Shown: positions 24,317 to 39,184 of the stretch, one piece after another
Numbering within the stretch: the first letter of the stretch is position 1
Layout of the letters: every line of letters starts with the position of its first letter
DNA from: Mobula hypostoma
Lineage: Eukaryota
Assembly (NCBI RefSeq): GCF_963921235.1
Contig: NC_086108.1
Span: forward strand, 79,486,001 to 79,550,000
DNA length: 64,000 nt
Direction: 5' to 3'
Program-made: the position numbers and the translations under genes
The notes under the pieces: generated by a model
What the model saw: only the letters and a program-made list of their open reading frames with translations
Databases searched by the model: none
Told to the model about the DNA's origin: nothing

Positions 24317-27300
24317 AAGTGATTGATGATTAGTAATGAGGGTAAACTCTCTTCCAAGCAGGTACTGGTTGAAATGTTTTACACATCAAACCAGACTCGA
24401 GGCCTCTCTGTCAATCTCTGCATATTTTTTCTCTGCCATGGCTGTGGGGTGTTCATTTCCATGATTCCTAACATGACTGCGCCTGTGCAATAAGGTGAGG
24501 CGTCGCAGGCAAGCTTCACTGGATGGTGCGGATCATAATGTGTGAGAACAGTGTCTGATGATACCACTTCCTTTGCCTTTTGTGAAGCCACCTCACCGTT
24601 GCTGCTACTTCCCGATCTGTAGTGATGAGTTCAAAGGGTGGAACACCGTAGCCAGGCTTGGCAGGAACCTGTAATGGAAGCTGACAAATCCTGAAAAGAA
24701 CTGCAACTGTGACACATCCTTTGGCCTTGAGATATCCACCACTGCTTGAATTTTCTCAACACACTTGTGTAATTCTTGTGCTTTAATGCTGTGACCTCAA
24801 TTAGTGATGCTTGTTTTAAAGAATCCATACTTGTCACATCATGCTCTGAGCCATAATCTTCTAATCTTTTCAACGCTATCTTGAGATTTTGGAGATGTTC
24901 CTTGTCACCCTCACTGGTAACAGTGATATCATCCAGGTAACACTGAGTGCCTGGACGGCTTTGCGGCACCTGGTCTATAGGTTTGTGCCAGAGAGCAGGT
25001 GCAGATGCTGCTCCAAACATAAGCCTATTATAATGCTAAAGCCCTTTGTGAGAGTTTAGGGCGAGAAACACTTTGTTTTTACCACATACAAGCCTGGCAT
25101 GGCTTGTTGGTTGTTGTGTTTCATTGTCACGAATGTCATTCCCACAGGAGTTATTTTTTCTCTAGTAAAAATTCTTAGTTGGATATCTGCAGGCTTCAGT
25201 TCAGTATCTTTGAAATGTCGTTCAAACTCATTTTGTGGAATGACTGACACAGTGCCTGTGTCCAATTCCATTTTAACCAAATGGTTGTTCTGGCGTAAGC
25301 CATATTGCTTGTCTGTTGTTGTTTTCACGTTGCAAATCTCAAGGCTACTCAATCCTGTGTCACTCTCATCATTGTCAGTTTTTTCATCAACAGCATGCAG
25401 ATGAATGCTCTTTTTGAAACCGCAACTTGATTTTTAAAATCTTTTTCTCTTCCCTGTGCAGTTCATTTATTTTGGTCTGTCGAATATGCTCTTTGTTTCT
25501 GTCCCACTTTATTGCATTTTCCGCAAGTTTCACCTTTAACTCTGCATTTGTCTGGTGTATGTGAGCCCCTACCACAGCAGTAACAATATTTGTCCAACCT
25601 GCCAGGTTTCTGTTTAGACATTGTAATTTTAGCCACACTTACTTTTATTCCCGACTGTAACTCAATTGTACCTCTGGCTGCTGCTTCCATTGATACAGTG
25701 ATTTCACTTGCTCTTTTAAAAGTGAGTTGTGCTTCAGTTTGGAGCTAACTTTGAATGCTTTCTTGTAAGATTCCACAAACAAAACAATCTCGCAGTGTAT
25801 TATTAAGCCCTTCGCTGAGTGCTGACAATACTCCAACAATTTCTTCAATTCAGCCACATGGCTGAAATGGACACTCCTTCCTTTTGATACTACTTATGAA
25901 ACCTAAAGCATTCTGCAATCAACAATGGTCTCGGTTCTAAATGTTTGTGCGTTACATTCATGATATCAGCAAAGCTCATTTCGGCTGGTTTAACTGGATC
26001 AGTTAAACATCTAAGCAAGCTGTATGCTTTTCCACCTATTGCACTCAGTAACACTGGCACTCGTTTTTCATTGGCTATTTCATTTGCTACAAAATACAGC
26101 ACAATTTGATCAATATATATTATCTAGTTATCTGCTGTGTAATTGAACTTGTCTCTCTCCCAATGTAGCCAGATAATTCTGCTTTTTAAATTTATTGTTA
26201 ATATCACCCAGTACTCAGTGTTCATGAACACATGCCATATAGTTAATTTCATCCATTTTCTACCCTTTTTTTTTAACTTGAACATCTTGTTTTCCCTTCT
26301 GAAGAAAAATATGCTGTGCTTCAACTGGTAGGTAGTTGGCTTGGATTTATTTTAAAACTTCCTCATACCATTGTTATGTTTTGTAACTTGAGAAACTAAT
26401 AAAGAGAAAAATTCAGGAGCCGGGATTCTAGTCTACTTATTTTATAGTGAGATGCTCACAAATGATGTGGTGGTGTAATGAATCATGCCATTCACATATT
26501 TTTACATATAACCCATAATGAATTAATTAACTAAACAAAGAATGTTTAATCAAACAAGATATTTACGATATTACTGAAATAGTAATACACTACTCTAAGC
26601 ATCCTGCAAGTAGCATGGAGTAAAATGTAAAGTGCTCCCTTTTAATATCACCAGAAAATGACTCATTTCACTTTAGTACAACACAAAATAAATGGTTAGT
26701 TGAATAAGAATGAAAGTACATCACAAAGAGGAAAACAATCTGGTCTAGAAAACTTTCAACATGAAAATTAATTTCAGAAATTGATTAATAATCTTGTCTA
26801 AAAACATGACAGCAATATTTGATGTGATAATGTTGGAAGCAGAAGTATAGAGTGAATAAAATGGTAACTTGTCCTTTCGTATTGCTAATATCTCAACTGA
26901 GAGTCAGCCATTATTCGCAAGTTACTGTCTCAATATTCTTCCTCACATTGTACATGACATTTAGTAGCCAGCCAGTGCTTCCTGTTCTATACCATTTATT
27001 TGTTCACAGGATGTGGAAAGCACCAGCATAAGTGGTTGCTGATTCAGTGCCCATCCCTAATTTCTTCCTTACCAAATGGGGTTTGTCGGCCATTTCAGAT
27101 AGCGATTAAGAGTCAATTAAATTGCAGCAACATAGTACCAATATTTAATACTATGTGTTCAATGCTTAAAGCAATACCTTAAGCTAATGATTTCCAACTA
27201 TTAGACAAAGAATGGTGGCAGATATAATCTTAAATTTCCTGATGGATGAATAAGTCTAATGCTGATAGATCATAAAAGCTGTTCAAAATGTACTAGTCAA

Positions 27301-28753
27301 TCATAATGAAAAGGTGAATTTTGCAGTTACTTTTTTGTCAGTGTGTAAGATTTGTGGAATGATAAAGATGGATGAAGTATCCTAAAAAATGCATGAATTT
27401 TTATCTGGTAGTTTTTGCCACCTTGGGTAGCACATTTGAAGTGTTCTTGTCTAAAGTCTACAGTTTGATTCCTTGATTTCCACACCAACTCCCAATGACC
27501 ATGGATTCAATAGGGGGAAAAATAGGTTCTAAATCTCATCTCGTGATCTTTGCAGGTTGAAGTGGTATTTCTTGTTAAATTGGCATTTTGGGGCGTGGGA
27601 AAAGACCTGGATATCTGAATTTCATCTCAAGATATAATGAAAGGACACCTACATTTGTAAGAAGCGAATATTGGATAGGTCAGCTAATTTTTAATTTTAG
27701 TAGCAATTCTATAAGTGGATTTATTTGGATCAAGGAGTAAGGCAATCTCATACTTTAATAAGCAGGAATGCATTTATTGTTCAGTAGCTTGCTGTAGAAT
27801 GAGATCGACATGCTCTCAGTCATGAATATGTTCAGGTCCTTGGAAGTACCAGGATATCAGATTGGTTAACTTGGAGGTGAAAACCAGTTACAGTGCATGC
27901 TTTAAAAACCATTCACTTTAATGTGGTTAAATTCAATGAAAGTGTTATGGAGCTTCACTGTGACATTTGAGATTGAGTAGTGAATTCTTAATGAGTACTG
28001 TTAAAAGATGTATTGTGCGTATTCTTATAATAAGTTAAGATCAGAGTTGGAATCTACAGTGTTTCAGCCACATTCATTGCTTCCCGAGTTGGGATGATTA
28101 AACCATAACAATTGGTTAGTAGTTCAGTATTAGAATCAGTTGAAGGACCATGATAGGTGTATTTATCTTAACAGGGGAGTCACTGAGATGCTGAATTAGT
28201 TCATTTCTGTTGATAGTGCCCAAACTATGAGGATAGCCTTCTGATTCAAGTTAAGAAAGATGTAACCCACCATCTTGTTCTTTGGACTGATTATCTCCGG
28301 TTTGCAGTGTCTTACTTAAGCTGGCAGTGTCGACGTCACATGATCCGAGTTCCTGAGCTGGTATGTGAAATAGAATTCAGATTTGTTGGGACTATCCATG
28401 ACAGTCCTGATATTCCAAATCCCAGACTTCATATGTGGAGTGGAATTTGCCTGTGAGGATAGTCATAGCTGGTGCCAAGCTGTATGGGTCCTAGTGCCCT
28501 TCCCTTGGACAACATTGGTGGCGTGGAGAGCGGAGACTTGCAGCATGGTCAGTTGCTGGTCTTCCATACAACCTTGCCCAGACCTCAGTCAACATTGAAA
28601 ATCGATGGACAGCTGAAGTCATCATAGCATATCAGCTAAACTTGGCTTTCAGAGAGTGAGTCCTAACTCCAGGGACAAGGGTATCCAAGATGACTACTGC
28701 ATGGACATTAACTTACTCACATAGTTGGACATCTGCATATACCCCTACATATG

Positions 28754-28755
<2 letters not shown>

Positions 28756-28807
<52 letters not shown>
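28756..28807. repeat. (CA)n microsatellite
   Basis: About 25 uninterrupted CA units. Confidence 0.95.
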
Positions 28808-28810
<3 letters not shown>

Positions 28811-30051
28811 GCACTTTCCCAGTTTTCTCTTTGCATTCCATGAGCCTCTGCTTACCTCATGGTCTCCCCCACACTTGATCCTGAATTGCCCCAGAATCTT
28901 TTCCATTTAATTATTTCCACTGCTTCCACCTCCCAGGCAATCCCTATTTTCAGGAAAGGAGAGCTGTCCCTGCTGCTTGCCATAGGAGAAGTCATCTCCA
29001 GGGTCCCCACAAATATATCTGACCAGTGATTGAATAGCTGTTTCCAAAATTGGAGTGTAGTTTCATTCTTCTAGCAGCACAATGGACATGAACTTTACCC
29101 TCCAAGATAGATGGATGCAGCAATATCAACCGCTATTCATGGTCTCTGTTTTTGCATTCACTTCAGTCCTTGACTCTATTTATCAAGAGGGACTGAGCAG
29201 ATTTTCAAATTTGATTGCCTGTAAGTATTAATTTCTCCCTTTCATCTGCTTCATAATGACAATGTAAGTTGTGATCTTAGCCAATGGGTCCACAGCAGAC
29301 ACAAGTTCAGACCAGACCTGTGTCGCTCAGTGTTGTCACATTTAACACTCCTCAATCTTTCTGATTGCAATGCTGTATTTCACTTCCAACAAACTTCCTG
29401 CTGGAGTGGTAATAAAGTATGAATGAGAAACTATTCAATCTATTTACTGTGTATTGTCTTCGCTCCAGCGCCAACGTCTCCCCAAGTTCAATCATCAAGA
29501 TGCAGTAGGCAGACAACAGTAATATATGCAAATACCAAAGAAGCAAAGGTAATATTTCAGGTCGAAGAAGGGACAATGACATTTACAATGTTTCTCTCTT
29601 CAGTGATGTTGCTGACTTGTTGACTGTTTCAAGAATTTTCTATAATTCAGGGTTCCAGCATTCACAGATCTTGATTGTCAGTAAAACTGTGTAATATCCC
29701 CTACTCTTTGCAGCGTTGTATCTTGTATTGAGTTGTCTTTTCTTGTAAAAATGAAACCTGTCGGTACCTGATCCAACCTCCAGCTATTCCACCACATAAA
29801 TAATATAACTATTTTTCCATTTTGAAGTTGCCAATCAAGGCATTATATTTTACTATACTGAAGCTCCCTTCTTTGGTTAACCAGGAATGAGTAATTAATT
29901 ATCTTAAACATGCTCTTTGACTCAAATTGGAAGTTTGGTGAAACTAAGTTTGCCTGCTGCAATAACAAAATTTAACATATTATTTCATTAAAGTGACATA
30001 GTAATGTGCATGTGAAATTGTTTCTGGTTAATTGACTCAACAGCTTTCTGT

Positions 30052-30330
30052 GGGTCACACAGTAGTGTTACTTTTATCAGGATTCAATTCCCGCTGCTGA
30101 CAGAAAGTTTGTTCTTTCTCCCCGTGACTGCATGGTTTCCTCCAGGTGCTCTGGTTTCCTCCCACATTCCAAAGATGCACGATTAGGGTTAGTGAGTTGT
30201 GGGCATGCTATGTTGGTGCTGCTCTTGGGGGCTGCCCCCAGCATATCCTCGGACTGTGCTGGTTGTTGACACATAACGCATTTCACTGTATATTTCGGAG
30301 TACTTGCGACAAATAAAGCTAGTGTAATCT
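30052..30330 (+). mobile_element. tRNA-derived V-SINE (HE1-like)
   Basis: B-box-like ggattcaattccc and V-domain ggtttcctccaggtgctctggtttcctcccacattccaaaga; same family as 63745-64000. Confidence 0.7.
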
Positions 30331-30624
30331 TATATTTCACAGTGGTGGATTAATGTTGAAATTCATTGGAACAATTTTTAAATCTTGCTAAAGCCCTCAT
30401 AAATTATTGTAATGATGTACCATTAGCTTTATCACATTCTGTTGTTAACATATAGGACCAGATCTTTCACTAAGTTCACTGGTTTCCTGTCCCCGAGTCT
30501 ATGCTGTTTCTTCTATTGGTAATCAGGTTTCTACCTTCTGCTGGGAACCCTATTCCGGCAATCTGAGTGAGGCCAGAGCCAGCGCAGGTTTCTTCCCCGT
30601 GCTTGTGACGTTTGCATTGAGGGC

Positions 30625-30915
30625 TAGTGGGGTCACAGTGGCATAGCATGTAAAATGTCTGCCTCACTGTTCCAGCTTCGCGGCTTTAATCCTGATCTCC
30701 GGTGTTGTCTGTGTAGAGTTTGCACGTTCTTCTGTGACCATGTGGGTTTCTTTCAGGTGCTTCAGTGTCTTTCCCACATCCCTAAGGTTTAGGTGGGTGA
30801 AGAATCTGTGTGAGTCAATGGGAATGCAGGGAGAATTAAATGGAATTAGTAAACATAGATGCTTGATGGCTGGCATTGATTCAGAGAGCCAAAGAGCTTG
30901 ATTCCACCATGATGA
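30625..30915 (+). mobile_element. V-SINE copy
   Basis: tgtgtagagtttgcacgttcttctgtgaccatgtgggtttc...cccacatccc. Confidence 0.65.
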
Positions 30916-32688
30916 CTCCCCCCCCCACCCCCCACCCCCGCCACCTCAAACATCTGTGGTCAAACCCTTGAATGTATTTTACACAGAACTCGTCAAAAAT
31001 GAAAAATAATGAAAAATAATTTTAAAATGTGAATTACTTGGAAAGGAAGAAGCAAAAAGAGCGAACGTGTATATACACACACACACACACCTAAAGCTAA
31101 TTTAGTTAAATGAAGTAAAAGTCTTTGTTCACCTTTCTCCCAGCAGCCAATTTTTCAAATCGATTTGAATGGGATCAGTGTACTTGTACCAGATTAGTCT
31201 GGCACATGTTCAGTCAGTGGAATTGGGAGATCTGTCAAGATTCATCATGTCCTTTTGATTCCATGAGAAGACCGACTCAGTAAGGCCTAAGCTCCGCAAC
31301 ACGCATTGTGCTAAATGCAAGGCCGTGTTGTACCCTCCATCAGGAAACTGCTTGTTATGGGCATATTTGCTGATTGGTACAACACATATCTCAGCATAAA
31401 TTTTGCTCTGTTGGGTGCAAGTAGAATGTGAAGTTCCAAAAGATTCACTGTATCAATAGCAGAAAGAAAATCTCTGCATGTAACAAAATGATGGTCTGTT
31501 GTGAGAAATGGCTGCAGATTTGGAAATACAGTAGGATTAGGGAGTCGGAATTGAGTCTGGTTGCACCAGTGTAGTGGGCATGAAACATCTGGGGATCCTC
31601 ACACAAAATGCTGGAGGAGCTCAGAAGGTCAGGCAGCATCTATGGGGAGCAATAAACAGTAAACACATCGGGACATGTTACTCTGGATTTCCTGCATCTG
31701 CAGAATCTCTTGTTCTGCATTAAGATCCTCAGTTTTGGGGATCAACATATTGAGAGCTGAAATTGCCAACAATTGTCTGATACTAGATTGAGTTCAATTT
31801 CTTTTTTCAGATGCACAGAGGAAAGAACTAAAATACATTTTCGTGTCTTATGTATGTAAAAGAAGAGCAGCTTTGGGCCCTATTACTGAAATTGGTATGT
31901 CTTAAATATATAGCTTCTTGGGAGGCAGGAAAGAACAGATCTAAGCCTGTCATAACACAATTGATGACTGGTATTCTTTGTCATCTCCACCCACTATTTC
32001 TTTGTTTGACCCCACACCAACAATTCCCCAGTTTATCAAAGCCCAGTTGTCCATGGTCTTCCTGCTTAGGTAGGGCCACACCACTTCTTCATGGCCCATG
32101 CAGCAAAACTGAGCATTGCTGTTACTCTGCCAAAAGAGTCTTACTTTATTTTCCTGAAATGCCTATATCATTAACAGTAGAATGTCTGTATTCATTTTTT
32201 CATCTAATTGGTCTTTGCAAATTGCACAGTGAAGAGGAAGTAGAAGTTGAAATGTGGAATAGGGAAGACAGAGTTTGAGATCCAGAATCTAAACAGGAAT
32301 GCTCATCTGAATCCTATTGGCAAGATGTCTTGTAAGAGTGCAATGGCCAAAAATTGATGACACAGCTTCATAGCTTGAAAGACAAAGATAGATGGTGATT
32401 ACAAGTAAATTAAACTTCCATGGCAATTATGCTCCTGTAAAAGAGACCAATACATATCACAAGTCTATTTTGAAGAAAAGAACTGGAAAGATGTAGAAGA
32501 AGACTGTCAACTGTCTTGTCAGTTAATCCTTAAAATAAAACTTAATTAAACCGAGGGGAATTAAGTCCAACTTTTCAGTTAGGGCAGTTAGAGTAAAGAG
32601 CTGGACACTAAGATAAATAGCAACTCAGCACATTCATTAAAACTCGTTCATAAAACACGAGTCCCAGGTGGATAACAAAACAAGTTGA

Positions 32689-33243
<555 letters not shown>

Positions 33244-33871
33244 TGATGTGGCCATTTAGTGCCTTGGGCAGGGCACAGGCATAATCAGAATTCTATTCTC
33301 AGTACAATGGTCGTGCCTAAGTGCAATTGCTGTTGTATACAATGCCCATGCAAGGGATAATGAAAATGAAAAGAATTGATTTGAATTTCGGAAGAAGGAA
33401 AAGATATTTTTCAAAGTGCATTTCTGTCAAATGTACATCTCGTGTACTGTCCAATTCACTTTCAAGAAAGCATTACTTCATTATTCCCAGTTATAAAATG
33501 ATTTGAATTGTTGCAATTTGATAATTCTTGTTGTCCTTAATGAAAAGTACAATCAGAACACAGTGTGTTTTAGTTTGTCAGGTTCCACTCCTGTCCAAGT
33601 CAATAATTCCCTTACGAGATACAGTTCCACAAGCACTTGTCCCTTCTGTAGATATCAGGTGATTTGACACCAGTGATTTTGTGGTGTTAGTTGAGATTTG
33701 ACTGTGACTAGGATGAAGCCGATGAAATCTATAATTATACCAAAGTTAGTTTTCTATAGAAGGCAAAATGCACTCAATAGCAATGGTTCCTGTATGACAA
33801 AACATGGCTGCAGCTTGGATCTTGGCCAGCGGAGAGTCCAATATTTGTGTAATTGTTTTAATATGGGTAAT

Positions 33872-34224
33872 CAATGTTCGCTCTAATTCGTAATGACCAG
33901 TGTGCACAAAAATCTTGTGCTGTGCAATTTTTTGCCCAGTGACAACAGCATGTGCGCTCTGAATTTTTAAGTGGAAGTAGACCTCAATAAAAACAGTATA
34001 AATAAGCCAGTTCTAAAATCTGAAGACCAATCATTGCAAACTCCATGTTGTCAACTCAGTCTGCACTAGAAACCAGAAAAGGAAATGTGATTGTGTATGA
34101 TTGTGAAATAAACTTAACATGCCAATGAGCTAGAGAGTGAGAACCTTCTGTGCACAGTTTAAGTTCCTTTGTGTGCAAGTAGCAAAAGATGTGTGTACAC
34201 GTGTACGTCTTAGAGGGAATATTG
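33872..34224. mobile_element. hAT-type MITE
   Basis: TIRs CAATGTTCGCTCTAA / TTAGAGGGAATATTG; degenerate 8-bp TSD tgggtaat / tgtgcaat. Confidence 0.75.
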
Positions 34225-37200
34225 TGTGCAATTTTGAAAACACAAGGCAGTGGCAGGCTTGCAGCTTAAGGCAGGAATCTTTTGTAAGCCTTTTTCATTT
34301 TTGATAAGATGGAATGGGCTCAAAAATCAAAGTTGAATTAATCTCCCTTATTTTGTGTTTAAAGTTGATAGAATTTTCCCCATATTTATATGGCAATGCA
34401 TTATAAAATTTTGTTTGTTCTAATAGCGTAGTCTGGTACATACAGCTTTAATAAAAATGATGAAATATTAATATAGTGGCAACAATTTCCTCTTCTCATA
34501 ATGTCAGGGAGTGCATGTCTGAAAAGAAATATAGCTTTGCAGAACTGAATGTATGAAGGAATTAATTTGACAAGTCTTGCATGCTTCTGAGAGATGGTCT
34601 GAACAAGCTGTTCGATGCCATGGGTTTGTGGTTGAGGTTGTTTCAAAGCTATTTCATTTCAGACCTTTACAATCACTGTAAAGATGAACCGAGGCAAGAC
34701 ATCACTCCAGACTATGTGAAAGCGTGCCTACTGTCATTTGCATTCTTACTACCTGCAGGCTTAATTTGTGTGTTGGGTAGATATTTGAGCTTTTTTAATA
34801 ATTTAACAATGTAAAAATACTCAAAGCTGAAGGACAACCAATTTTAGGAAAATAATAGGTAGAAACATAATAAATGGAGAGGGATTTAATATCATTCTAA
34901 AAGCAAGTTATTGTGCACAAGTAGAGCCTCCATGAAATATTGTCTGAACCTGTTAGTCACCTTGTAACACTCTCCTGTTCAAAAATAACCTCCATGTCAT
35001 TTATTCTGACAAGTGAAATCTTTGATCTTCTGGTATCAGCTTTAAAACCTAAAATGAAAACCTTCCAATTCTAATTTGCCAAACTAAACACTTGTATACT
35101 GACACAGAATGTTAGCTTGTTAGCACTTTACATGTACAATCAGGGAAAATTACGTTGGTTTTAATGTTTTTCCAATAGGCTAAACACTTCCAGCTCTATG
35201 TACAAAGTTTAGTAAGATTTGTAAATTTGTTTCCGATTTATTTCAGCTCTTTTAGTCAGATTTTGTCACGCTGTAATATTCTGTGGTGAGCTGCTGAGCT
35301 GTTGTAAGAAGGTGCTCTCTGATTTCTGCAGCACAACTGTCTCCTACTGTTGGCTTTTACTATTCTCGATGCCCATCTACTGCGGATAAATGGATTTCGT
35401 GAGAATATGTTGGATATGGTGGGGGTGGGTGCAGATAGTGTTAGATGACACTGTAGCTAATAAAGAGGTGATCATATTAGATTGTGCTGTGTAGCTTAAT
35501 ATATTTGTCATTATAAGTGTCAAAAATCATTAGCATATCTGTAGGAGTAGCTGATGATTTTTGACATCCTGCATACCAGTCCCGGATATCATGTAGGCGA
35601 AGGGAACCAGAGGAAGGTGCTAAAGTCTGTGATGAGAATCGTCTGTTTCATAAGTGTTCAATTTTACAGAGTGATTTTATATTTGCAAAGGTGAGGATAT
35701 TGAAATAAGGAAGTGTGTTATCAATTCTGCATCTCGAGTCAAGGCTGAACATGGATATCTGAGACCTGTGTCCAGCATTTTTCATTATCTTATCAATTAT
35801 GTCTGTACGACTTCAGAAATTTATCCTTTCTGTACTGGGTGGCGTTTTGCTTCCAAGTAATATCCATCCCTTTGAATGTAACAAGCCTATTTGTGATATA
35901 GAACTATGCTGAAAAGAATACTATATCAAAATTCATATCTTGTGTCAGAGGTGGAAAACTGATTGATTTGGGCCCTAATTCAAACAACGATGGTGTAACT
36001 TGTGGCGTATTGTTGCGCATAATTTACTGATTTTCTGATTTTTTCAGAACAAACCTCATTGGATAGTTTTGTATGCAATCCAATCAGGTTAAAAAAAAAT
36101 GATCCTCCCTATCATATTAAGAACATTGTCCTGATTTCATTCTAAACATCCCTCATCCCCTAATTATAATGCCTTTTCCATTGTTATTCTGCTGTTCCTT
36201 TGGTGAATATTGCAACTTTAAAGCAGTTGTAATGCAATACCCATACTGCAGTAAGGGGAGTGAGCAAAGGGCAATGATTACTGTTAAGAGTGGCAAAACT
36301 GACACTGTGTCAATGTGAAGTTCTTGCATCTTGCCTAAGTGTGAAGATGTCCAGTTTTTTATAAATATCAGTCATTCCACATGTGAAAATATTTCACAAA
36401 AGGACTGAATGATTTGTACTTTTCTCAGAAGAACTTGCTTGTAGTTAGCTAGTTTTGAATGAGTTGAATTAACGGCATAGATGTTTTACATTCACCTGTG
36501 GTTACAATTAATACTGAGAGCTAGTAATAAATGTGAGAAAAGAATGTACTGTTTTCACTGGTTGTTACATATTTTAAACAAATAACTCTTCACGGAATGC
36601 AAGGTACATTCTCATTTCTAAAGTGTACTTGAATGTATTTTTAATTGTATTGTTTTTTTTTACTTGACGCAGTAACTTGCCTCAGTGGTATAGTTCACGG
36701 TTGAAAGTTTCACACCTTTGAAACTACGCAGCAACATAGTTCTCATGCATTGTATGTTGTTTACCTCCCAACCTTTAAATCTATAGATTTTTTAATTCGT
36801 GCACATAAATGGTGGTGCTTAAAATTAATAATATAAATCTAGTTGTTGGTGATTCATAACAAAGTTTGTATTTCTACATTTGGAATCAGTGGCTGTAAAA
36901 TCACAGTAAACCTTTGTTTTCCCCACTTAAGTCGATCTTAAAAAGAACCCAAAAAGCCATACTTTAATAATTCAAAAATCTAGACAGTCCAAATAAGGCT
37001 TTTTTCCCCAAAAAGAGCTGTTATGAATAAATATCTTGTAAAAATTATTTGTATTTTAGCAATTAAGTAGATACAGTGCAAAGCACCTGTAGATATTCTA
37101 GCATAATATGCCGCAATAAGAGAAAAAAATTAAAAATGACTTTTCTTTTCATTTTCACCTCAACATTTACCTTATAGATAATGGAAAATACTGGAGGTAG

Positions 37201-38332
37201 ATAACGTGACCATTTGTATGTAGCTGTGCCAGTGACACCTTTTACTAATTGAGAATCTACCACTTAACACATAGGATGTGCATTCAGCTGCAAACAAATC
37301 TGTCTGCGGGCCTGGGAACTGCCCATTAGTGTTTCAGAAATAAAATTGAGGGCAAGTAATTATTTACAAAAACGGGAAGCTGCTGGGGACATTGAATTAT
37401 TAATCCTGTGCCTGCATTCGCTCCAGGAAATTCCTAAGCCCAAGACAACAGCTGAGTATGAAGCAGCATTGAATGTAAACTCCAGGGTCAATTTTTAACC
37501 TTGAGTAAATGCTAGGGGTGAGGTTAATGACAGGGGTTGAAGAAGGGAAGCCACAACAATCCTTATTTTCCAATTCAATCCCAGTACCTCACCTCTTAAA
37601 GGAAGACAAAGGCTTGCCTGTCTTCAAATCTGCTTCCCTTCAGCTGGGATTCTAAATAGCTTTGCTGTTCAAGCTCCAGTTATGACTCTGGGCATTATTT
37701 GCATCAATTGTCACGGCACACACACCTTCATATCCTTGCTGTTTTGAAAATGGTTAGGATTTGAACAGTATTTAGCTGCTTAACACCCCACATTTCTACC
37801 AGGCTAAAGGGGTTAGATAGAACCTCTGTGTTGCTGAAATAACCTCTTGATTCTAAAGAGCCCCAGGAATTACTTCAATGGAACTTTCTGTCCCGTTCAT
37901 ATCACCTGCAATATTACTGAAACCATAGATTTCACCAAATAATTAATCTCCACAGGAACTACAAAACATGTGATAATATAAAATGATGAAAAAAAATTGC
38001 AACATGCGACCATTAGTCCCCTCCATTCTGTCAGTGTAAGCTTCACATTTGGTGCACTCTGCTGCCATTTTCACCTCTTGACCTGTAACGTTTTGTGCAG
38101 TTCCAGTTTTATCAACTTCCTTGTTGCTGATGTGATGGTGTGGTGTCTGACTGTATATGCTCGTGTTCTTACATAATATGCAAACCATTACATACTATGT
38201 ACAAAAACGTAGAGATCAATATTCAAATTGGGCTCCTTGTTATTGATTTGTTGTAGAAATGGTTTTTATTATTTACCTACTGAAGTCCATTTTAGAGCAA
38301 GATGATCAAAGTGGTCCATAGTACAGGACACA

Positions 38333-39058
38333 GATAGATAGATGCTTATTGCTCCCAAGGAAATTGCAGTGTCTCAGTAGCATTACAAGTGCACAGATAT
38401 AAATACTGGAAGAGAAATAGAAAGAATAAAAAATAAGTTGCCACAAACGGTCTAACAGGAGGAGGTCATCACTTATCTGGCTATAGGTTGACTCATTATA
38501 GAGCCTAATGGCTGAGGGTGAGAATGACCTCACAGCTCTCTTTGGAGTAGTGTAGTTGTCTTAGTCCATTACTACAAGTGCTCCTCTGTTAAGCCAAGGT
38601 GGCATGCAGAGGATGAGGAACATTGTCCAGAATTGCCAGGATTTTCCATAGAATCCTTTGTTCTACCACAGCCTCCAGTGTGTCCAATTTAGTTCCTTTA
38701 ACAGATCCAGCCTTTCTAATCAGTGTATTGAGCCTGTTGGCATCACCTGTGTTTTTGCCATTGCTGCAGTACACCACTACATAGAAGATTATACCGGTGC
38801 CAACAAACTGGTAAAACATGTGAAAGAGAGACATGCATACTCCAAAGGACCTGTCTCCTCAAGAAGTATAGGTGACACTGGCCCTTCTTGTGCACAGCCT
38901 CTGTGTTGGTGCTCCACTCAAGTCTGTCATCCAGGTGCACCCCCAGGTACTTGTAGCTCCTCACCACATCCATATCCTCACCATCAATAGTAAAAGGGAG
39001 CAATGCAGGTTTAGTCTTCCTAAAGACCATCACCATCTCCTTTGTCTTACTAATGTTG
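38333..39058 (-). mobile_element. Rex1/Babar-like LINE 3' part
   Basis: ORFs VRSYKYLGVHLDDRLEWSTNT...LYFLRR and RSFSPSAIRLYN; (TCTA)n tail. Confidence 0.85.
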
Positions 39059-39184
39059 AAGAGAAAGGGTAATCATGTGGAAAAGCAATAACAGTAGGCT
39101 TGCACCAGAGAACACAATTTTGTGAAGATCTTACGGTTATCTATATGGTTAGATTTCCAATGAGAATAGGGAATACACCAATGT

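Larger units (their letters stand above)
20635..26593 (-). mobile_element. Decayed Ty3/Gypsy (Mag-like) LTR retrotransposon with both LTRs
   Basis: Direct repeats at about 20635-20863 and 26372-26593 share ttttgtaact and acatataacccataatgaatt. PBS-like TGGTATGAGG (rc 26361-70) and PPT AGGGGAGGAG (rc 20864-73). Minus ORF remnants: gag (LLSAIGGKAY, CYCCGRGSH...C), protease (LDTG), RT (FGAASAP...YLDDI), RNase H (LACDASPY), integrase (APYHPDTNGLMERFVQ). Confidence 0.9.

Noticed and set aside
30052..30110. tRNA-like A/B box sequence
   Set aside because: Degenerate head of a V-SINE with no cloverleaf; not a tRNA gene.
31850..32278. 142-aa ORF just upstream of the SWIM exon
   Set aside because: No recognisable homology or splice support.
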